In this document: positions 40,188 through 45,529 of the stretch, piece by piece
Position numbering within the stretch: position 1 is the stretch's first letter
Layout of the letters: the number at the start of each line of letters is the position of its first letter
DNA from: Chloroflexota bacterium
Lineage (GTDB): Bacteria > Chloroflexota > Dehalococcoidia > Tepidiformales > Tepidiformaceae
Direction of reading: 5' to 3'
DNA length: 45,529 nucleotides
NCBI GenBank assembly: GCA_963169135.1
Contig: CAUJEQ010000262.1
Span: forward strand, 1-45,529
Position numbers and translations under genes: made by a program
The notes under the pieces: generated by a model
Databases searched by the model: none
The model's input: the letters and a program-made list of their open reading frames with translations, nothing else
What the model was told of the DNA's origin: nothing

Positions 40188-41819
40188 TCAGGATCTCGGA
40201 GCCTGGACCATGGCTGCCGCGAGCGGTGGAAGCTTGAGCTTGCCCGACTTCAGTGGGCCCTCGAGCGCCTGGTCCGTCGCGAGGATAACCGTGCCGCCGC
40301 CCGGCAGATCGACCTCGCGTGAAGTGCCCCCGGTGTTTACCGCGACGGCGACAGAAGGCTCACCCTGGAGAACGCGCGCCCAGGCGAACACATCGGCGGG
40401 GGCGGGGAGTTCGCGATAGCCGCCCCTGAGCAGTGCCGGCATGTTGCGCCGCAGCCAGATGGCCCGCCTGTAGAGCGATAGCAGCGAGCCGGGGTCGCCG
40501 GATTGATCGGCGACATTGGGTGATGTGTTTCCAAATGGCAGCCAGGGCTCCGCCGCGGAGAACCCTCTCCCTGGCGAGACGTCCCATTGCATCGGGGTCC
40601 GCTCCGGGTCGCGCCCAATGGTGCGGATGCGGGCCGGGTCCTGAAGGCGGTCCTCGGGGATGTCCACGTCCTCCATGCCGATCTCCTCGCCGTAGTAGAT
40701 GAACGGCGTGTTGCGGAGCCCGAGCAGCAGGAGCACCGCCGCGCGCGCGCGTGCCCGGCCGCGGCTATCGGCGTTATGTCGCGAAATGAAGCGGGGCCGG
40801 TCATGGTTGCCGAGGGCATAGCAGGGCTGGGCACCGGCCGGGAGCGACGCCTCGGCCGCGTTGACGATGCGGCGGAGCGCCTCGGCGTCCCACGCGGTCA
40901 GGCCGTGTTCGGCCTCGTGGATGAACTGGAAGTTGAAAGCAAGGTGGAGTCCGTCTCCATCCTCGTCGCCGTAGTAGCGGCCGACTTCTTCGGCCGATCC
41001 AAACACCTCGCCCACGCCCATGCGGCCGGGATACTCGTCGAAGACGGCGCGGATGCGCTTCACCGCGTTGTACACCTCGGGGTAGTTGCGGTTGTTCTGC
41101 CAGAGCTGGGTGCTCCGCTCGCGGTCCCCCGGCATCCAATCGCCGTTGAGCGGGTTATCCGCAAGGTCAGGGTGCTTGACGATCATCCCCATGACGTCGA
41201 TGCGGAAGCCGTCGATCCCCCGGTCGAACCAGAAGCGGAGCGTATCGAGCATGGCCGCTTCGACCTCGGGGTTCCGCCAGTTCAGGTCGGGCTGTTCCTT
41301 CAGGAATGAATGGAGGTAGTACTGGCCGGTGGTCTCGTCGAGGGTCCATGCGGGGCCCCCAAACACGCTCTTCCAGTTGTTCGGGAGCGAGCCATTGGGC
41401 TTAGCGTCGCGCCAGATGTACCAGTCGCGCCTGGGATTATCGCGGGAGGACCGCGACTCGATGAACCAGGGGTGTTCTTCGGATGTGTGGTTCGGCACCC
41501 AGTCGAGCAAAAGTCGGATCCCGCGCCGGTGGCACTCGGCGATCAGTCGGTCCATCGTCTCCAGCGTCCCGAAGTCCGCGTGGACGCCGCAGTAGTCCGA
41601 AACGTCGTAGCCGAAATCGGCCATCGGCGAGGGGAACGTCGGCGACAGCCAGATCGCATCGATACCGAGGGAGCGCTCTGTTCCATCGTTCAGGTAGTCC
41701 AGCCGCTGGATCACCCCTTCGAGGTCGCCGATTCCGTCGCCGTTCGTGTCCTGGAAGCTGCGCGGGTAGACCTGGTAGACGACCGCTTCGCGCCACCAAT
41801 CTTCCGGGTCCAGGCTCAC
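40188..41819 (-). CDS. GH13 alpha-glucosidase / oligo-1,6-glucosidase-like
   Basis: Motifs are WWREAVVYQVYPRSFQDTNGDGIGDLEGV, LDWVPNHTS, GFRIDV and FIYYGEEIGM. Confidence 0.9.
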   Translation of the reverse strand: MSLDPEDWWREAVVYQVYPRSFQDTNGDGIGDLEGVIQRLDYLNDGTERSLGIDAIWLSPTFPSPMADFGYDVSDYCGVHADFGTLETMDRLIAECHRRGIRLLLDWVPNHTSEEHPWFIESRSSRDNPRRDWYIWRDAKPNGSLPNNWKSVFGGPAWTLDETTGQYYLHSFLKEQPDLNWRNPEVEAAMLDTLRFWFDRGIDGFRIDVMGMIVKHPDLADNPLNGDWMPGDRERSTQLWQNNRNYPEVYNAVKRIRAVFDEYPGRMGVGEVFGSAEEVGRYYGDEDGDGLHLAFNFQFIHEAEHGLTAWDAEALRRIVNAAEASLPAGAQPCYALGNHDRPRFISRHNADSRGRARARAAVLLLLGLRNTPFIYYGEEIGMEDVDIPEDRLQDPARIRTIGRDPERTPMQWDVSPGRGFSAAEPWLPFGNTSPNVADQSGDPGSLLSLYRRAIWLRRNMPALLRGGYRELPAPADVFAWARVLQGEPSVAVAVNTGGTSREVDLPGGGTVILATDQALEGPLKSGKLKLPPLAAAMVQAPRS

Positions 41820-42163
41820 GCGAGCGCCTTTCGCACAGCTTCGATGACTTCCGGGTGGTTGTCGAGGAAGCCTCGTGACACGGTGACGATCGACTCGACA
41901 TCGCCGCCACGCTCGACGAGGATCGGGAACCAGGTCTCGCCCAGTGCGCGGGCGAGGGCGTCCCGCGTCTCCGTCGAATCTGCGAGCCCGAGTTCAGCTG
42001 CGAGGAATTTTCCGGCCGGCTCGTTCATCAGGATGGCCGATTCCTTGGAGTTGCGGCCCGGGATCGCAACGAGGAAGTTCGCCTGGGTGTACCCCCAGAT
42101 ATCGGTGCCGGGGCTGGAGCCCTCGTATCGGACGATGGCTGGAGACTCCGTCGTGCCTGGCAT
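41816..42163 (-). CDS. Hypothetical protein (115 aa)
   Basis: A GGGGAAG RBS-like element lies upstream. The stop overlaps the GTG start of the glucosidase by 4 nt. I recognised no motif. Confidence 0.5.
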   Translation of the reverse strand: MPGTTESPAIVRYEGSSPGTDIWGYTQANFLVAIPGRNSKESAILMNEPAGKFLAAELGLADSTETRDALARALGETWFPILVERGGDVESIVTVSRGFLDNHPEVIEAVRKALA

Positions 42164-42181
42164 GTGCTTCCCCTGTCCGGA

Positions 42182-43420
42182 TTAGTCCTGCTGGTGCGGC
42201 ATTGCGATCTTCAGTGCTTCGGGAAGCTCCCCGAGCAGCTGCACCCGCGCCTGGGTCCGCGTCTGGAGGCCCCAGATGTTGATGAAACCCACCGCGGCCG
42301 ATTGGTCGTACGTGTCGCCCCGATCATAGGTAGCGAGCCCACGGTCGTACAGGGATTGCACGGCCTTGCGCCCAACCACGGTGGCCTTGCCGCGGTGCAG
42401 CTTCACGCGCACCGTCCCCGTGACGTGGCGCTGCGTGCTGGCAACATAGGCGGCGATGTCCTGGTGGTGCGCGCTGAACCAGAGACCGTTGTAGATGAGT
42501 TCCGCGTACTCGATCGCGATGACTTTCTTGAGCTTGATCTGCTGCTTCGAAAGCGTGAGTGTCTCGAGCGCCCGGTGAGCTGCATGGAGGATGACCCCCG
42601 CTGGCGCCTCGTAGATCTCCCGGCTCTTGATGCCGACGAGCCGGTCTTCGACATGGTCGATCCGGCCGACCCCGTGCAGCCCGCCGACGTCGTTGAGGCG
42701 CTCGACGATCGCGACCGGCCCCATGTCCTGCCCGCCGAGGCGGACCGGCATGCCTGATTCGTACTCGATCTCCAGGTACTCCGGGGTTGACGGGGCCTCT
42801 TCCGTCTCGCGCGTCCACTCGTAGGCCTCCCGCGGGGGTTCGTTCCACGGGTCCTCGAGGACGCCGGCCTCCGCACTGCGGCCCCACATGTTCTCGTCGA
42901 TGCTGAACGGCCCCTTTTCGCCCCAGGGGATATCGACGCCGTGCTGCCTCAGGTACTCAATCTGGTAGTCACGGGCCATCGCGTTCTCGCGCGTGGGAGC
43001 GACGATGCTGAGGGATGGGTCGAGCGTCTGGATACCGACATCGAAGCGGACCTGGTCGTTACCCTTGCCGGTGCAGCCGTGGGCGACGGCGGTGGCGCCC
43101 TCTTCGTGGGCGACATCCACCAGGAGCTTCGCCATCAGCGGCCGCGCGAGCGCGGTCGCGAGCGGGTACTGGTCCTGGTAGACCGCGCCGGCGGCCAGGG
43201 CCGGGAAAGCGAAGTAGCGGAGGAAGTCCTCGCGCGCATCGATGACGCGCACTTTCAGCGCGCCGGCCGCAATGCCGCGCGACTCGACAACCGGCTGCTC
43301 GCGGGACTTGCCGACATCGATATTGAGGGCGACGACGTCGTAGCCCTGCTCGACTGAGAGCCACTTGATGGCGGTGGTGGTATCGAGGCCGCCGGAATAC
43401 GCGAGGATCAGTTTCGGCAC
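42182..43420 (-). CDS. argG: Argininosuccinate synthase
   Basis: The start is GTG 43420 (VPKLILAYSGGLDTTTAIKWL). The rest of the sequence is type-I ArgG-like, and the upstream ORF extension looks like junk. Confidence 0.95.
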   Translation of the reverse strand: MPKLILAYSGGLDTTTAIKWLSVEQGYDVVALNIDVGKSREQPVVESRGIAAGALKVRVIDAREDFLRYFAFPALAAGAVYQDQYPLATALARPLMAKLLVDVAHEEGATAVAHGCTGKGNDQVRFDVGIQTLDPSLSIVAPTRENAMARDYQIEYLRQHGVDIPWGEKGPFSIDENMWGRSAEAGVLEDPWNEPPREAYEWTRETEEAPSTPEYLEIEYESGMPVRLGGQDMGPVAIVERLNDVGGLHGVGRIDHVEDRLVGIKSREIYEAPAGVILHAAHRALETLTLSKQQIKLKKVIAIEYAELIYNGLWFSAHHQDIAAYVASTQRHVTGTVRVKLHRGKATVVGRKAVQSLYDRGLATYDRGDTYDQSAAVGFINIWGLQTRTQARVQLLGELPEALKIAMPHQQD

Positions 43421-43485
43421 GGATGCTTCCCGGGTGGAGGGTGGTAGGACCAGTATCGCCCGCAGCGAGATAACGGGGGAATCCG

Positions 43486-43842
43486 TTACTGGCCCAGGTG
43501 GGACTTCGCCGTCTTCACCCCGAAAAACCACGAACACAGCGCAGCGATCAGTATCACGAAGGCGGACGCCAGCAGGACGGCCGCAGCGAATGCATCCGGG
43601 AGCACGCCGGCTATCGCGAACGGAAGCACGGCCAGCGACATCGCCAGCGTGGCGACGCCCCCGAAGATGAGATAGGGCGCACCGTATTTGTGCGTGGCGT
43701 ACCACTGCTCGTCGTTGGCCATGGTGTACGGCGTGCGGATGCCGGCGAGATGCTGGCGTGGGAGTTTCCCGAGCCAGGCGTACCATCCGACCGCGGTGAT
43801 CACTGCCGCCCCGAGCGTCATCACGAGAAATCCAACCCACAC
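43486..43842 (-). CDS. SdpI/YhfL-family small membrane protein
   Basis: The 118-aa ORF has a GTG start with a GGAGGG RBS and about 4 hydrophobic spans. GIRTPYTMANDEQW resembles the SdpI family motif. Confidence 0.7.
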   Translation of the reverse strand: MWVGFLVMTLGAAVITAVGWYAWLGKLPRQHLAGIRTPYTMANDEQWYATHKYGAPYLIFGGVATLAMSLAVLPFAIAGVLPDAFAAAVLLASAFVILIAALCSWFFGVKTAKSHLGQ

Positions 43843-43848
43843 CTGGCG

Positions 43849-44922
43849 CTACCCTCCGCGTGCTGCTTCAGCGCCTATCTTCAGGTCTTCCGCCGCTCCG
43901 CGCAGGTCGTCCGCGTTGCGGACCGATCCGTTCTCGATTCCCGTGCGGATACTGGCAACCGCGGCCGAATCGCCCTCGATCGCGTTGATGCGCTTTGGCT
44001 GCCGGTTGACGCGGAACTCGAAGACATCGGGACGGGTGTAGTGGCCCGCGTGGTCCGCGATCATCTTCTGGAACATCACGGTGCCGAGGTTGGCCTTCGC
44101 GGTCAGGATGACTTCCTCGTTCTGCACCGGCCCGGCCAGGTAGTCGCCGTTCGGGCCGATGATCCCGGAGAGGCCGTCACAGGGGAGGATGAGGCTGCGT
44201 GATTTTCCGTCTATCTCCATGTGCAGGTCGCGGAGGTCTGGAGGCAGGTCCTCCTCGCGGATCAGGCTGCCGCTCATCACGACGTAGGCGCCCGACTGCA
44301 TGGCGAAGGCCCGGGAAAGCACGTCCTGGCGGGTGAATGCGCCGCCGGGCCAGGCACCCGCGTGCACCTGGATGCCCTGGCTGATGAGTGCGTAGCCGGG
44401 GAGCACCATCTGGTGTTCCCAGCAGTTCAGGCCCCCCAGGCGGCCGTACGGTCGGTCATAGAGCACGAGTGAACTGCCGTCGCCCTCGCCCCAGACCGTG
44501 CGCTCGAACATGGTGGGCTTGAGCTTGCGGTGCTTCCCCAGGAGCTTCCCTTCACGGCCGATGAAGAGCAGGGTGCAGTAGATCGTCCCCTGCGTGGTCG
44601 AGTCGCGCTCTGCCACGCCGATGACCACGTCGGTCCCGGCCCGTCGGGCGGCCCGGCACAGCGCGTCAGTTGCCGGCGACGGGATCTCGACACCATTCAA
44701 GACGAAACGCCGCAGCAGGCCGCCGAAAGCGGGGTGATTCGGCCAGGCCGCGAACGAGGCATACCCCGAGACCCATGTCTCGCCGAATACCGCCAGGTCC
44801 GACCCGAGCGCGGCCGCTTCGTCGATGAGCCGGCAGGCTTTGTCGATGCTCGCATCGCGGTCGAGGTAGACCGGGGCAGCCTGGACCGCGGCCAACGTGA
44901 AGTCCTGGAACTCGTCACCCAT
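43849..44922 (-). CDS. Nitrilase-superfamily carbon-nitrogen hydrolase (nitrilase-like)
   Basis: The Glu-Lys-Cys triad contexts are LAVFGETW, HRKLKPT and GGLNCWEH. The ORF is 357 aa and a GGAGGG RBS lies upstream. Confidence 0.9.
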   Translation of the reverse strand: MGDEFQDFTLAAVQAAPVYLDRDASIDKACRLIDEAAALGSDLAVFGETWVSGYASFAAWPNHPAFGGLLRRFVLNGVEIPSPATDALCRAARRAGTDVVIGVAERDSTTQGTIYCTLLFIGREGKLLGKHRKLKPTMFERTVWGEGDGSSLVLYDRPYGRLGGLNCWEHQMVLPGYALISQGIQVHAGAWPGGAFTRQDVLSRAFAMQSGAYVVMSGSLIREEDLPPDLRDLHMEIDGKSRSLILPCDGLSGIIGPNGDYLAGPVQNEEVILTAKANLGTVMFQKMIADHAGHYTRPDVFEFRVNRQPKRINAIEGDSAAVASIRTGIENGSVRNADDLRGAAEDLKIGAEAARGG

Positions 44923-44970
44923 GGGATAAGCCCTCCAGCGCCATCGTAGCGCCGGAGCGCAAGCCTTGCG

Positions 44971-45528
44971 CTACTTCGCCGGGATAGCAGTCGCGGCGGC
45001 GATCGCCTCTTCGAGGATGTCGCAGGCGCGGTCGATCTCGTCGTCAGTGACGTTGAGTGGCGGCATCAGGCGGACCGCGTTGGGGCGCACGTTATTCACG
45101 AGCAGTCCCCGCTTGCGGCACTGGTCGACAACTTCGGCCGAACAATCACGGGTCAGCCCGACGGCCACAAGGAGCCCCCGGCCCCGAACCTCGTTGACCA
45201 CGTCGAGGCGGTCCTCCATCGAGCGCAAGCGGCTCATGAGGAGATCGGACGCGCGACGCACCTGGGCCGATAGGTCCTTCTCGATGATGTAGTTGAGGGT
45301 TGCATATCCGGCGGCGGTCGCAAGAGCGTTCCCGCCAAAGGTGCTCCCGTGGTCGCCCTTCACCAGGTGGGCAGCGATCTCCTCGCGCGCGAGGACCGCC
45401 CCGATGGGCACGCCGCCAGCCAATCCCTTTGCGAGAGTCATGATGTCGGGCTCGATGCCTTCCTGTTCGTAGGCCCAGAGGCTGCCGGTCCGTCCCACGC
45501 CAGTCTGGACCTCATCCAGAATGAGCAA
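44971..45528 (-). CDS. argD: Class III aminotransferase, acetylornithine aminotransferase-like (C-terminal part; N-terminus beyond window edge)
   Basis: The motif LILDEVQTGVGRTGSLWAYE...DIMTLAKGLAGGVPIGAV includes the PLP-Lys. The ORF runs off the window at 45528. Confidence 0.85.
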   Translation of the reverse strand: MLILDEVQTGVGRTGSLWAYEQEGIEPDIMTLAKGLAGGVPIGAVLAREEIAAHLVKGDHGSTFGGNALATAAGYATLNYIIEKDLSAQVRRASDLLMSRLRSMEDRLDVVNEVRGRGLLVAVGLTRDCSAEVVDQCRKRGLLVNNVRPNAVRLMPPLNVTDDEIDRACDILEEAIAAATAIPAK

Positions 45529-45529
45529 G

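Noticed and set aside
43421-43840. A 140-codon extension precedes argG, giving a 552-aa ORF.
   Set aside because: The extension overlaps the SdpI-like gene in another frame. GTG 43420 yields the canonical (M)PKLILAYSGGLDTT start.
1-45529. I searched the whole window for CRISPR repeats, transposases, integrases, phage genes, toxin-antitoxin pairs and known defence-system components.
   Set aside because: I found no spaced direct-repeat arrays and no ORF with recombinase, nuclease-helicase, reverse-transcriptase or similar hallmarks. The window reads as core chromosome plus a signalling island.

Overview
The window is a high-GC bacterial chromosomal segment, roughly 62-70% GC by hand count of sample lines, with two local drops to about 40-55%. 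It is densely packed with about 40 protein genes. I found no rRNA, tRNA, CRISPR array, transposase, integrase, phage gene or recognisable defence gene.

Gene blocks:
1. 109-7881: a LysR regulator followed by a translationally coupled operon. It holds two family III (CaiB/BaiF) CoA-transferase paralogs, a Tat-lipoprotein family-5 ABC binding protein, two ABC permeases (no ATPase) and a double-hotdog MaoC-like hydratase.
2. 8286-19826: an 11.5-kb island made only of cytoplasmic regulators. It encodes PAS-GGDEF-(degenerate)EAL, an OmpR-type protein with a pseudo-receiver, a TadZ/CpaE-like pseudo-receiver ATPase, a FliA/WhiG-type sigma factor, a NarL RR plus hybrid HisKA kinase, and a NarL RR plus PAS-PAS-GAFx3-HisKA_3 kinase.
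3. 19861-24255: a PabB-PabC fusion, an unlisted 49-aa zinc-ribbon ORF, a D-threonine-aldolase-like PLP enzyme and an MFS transporter.
4. 24289-39305: housekeeping genes, namely typA, clpP, the greA-lysS-nudix-serS operon, htrA plus a GH18-like envelope protein, rsmD-coaD, a bactofilin and leuS.
5. 39587-45528: a hypothetical protein, a GH13 alpha-glucosidase, argG, an SdpI-like membrane protein, a nitrilase and a partial argD.

I do not see a clear-cut novel defence or mobile system. The best candidates for undescribed biology are:
- the effector-less signalling island that joins a c-di-GMP protein, two pseudo-receiver proteins and an orphan sigma-28-type factor preceded by a structured leader;
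- the CoA-transferase operon, whose first paralog has lost the catalytic Asp and whose genes show sharp intragenic codon-usage breaks.

All functional calls come from by-eye motif recognition and need HMM or BLAST confirmation.
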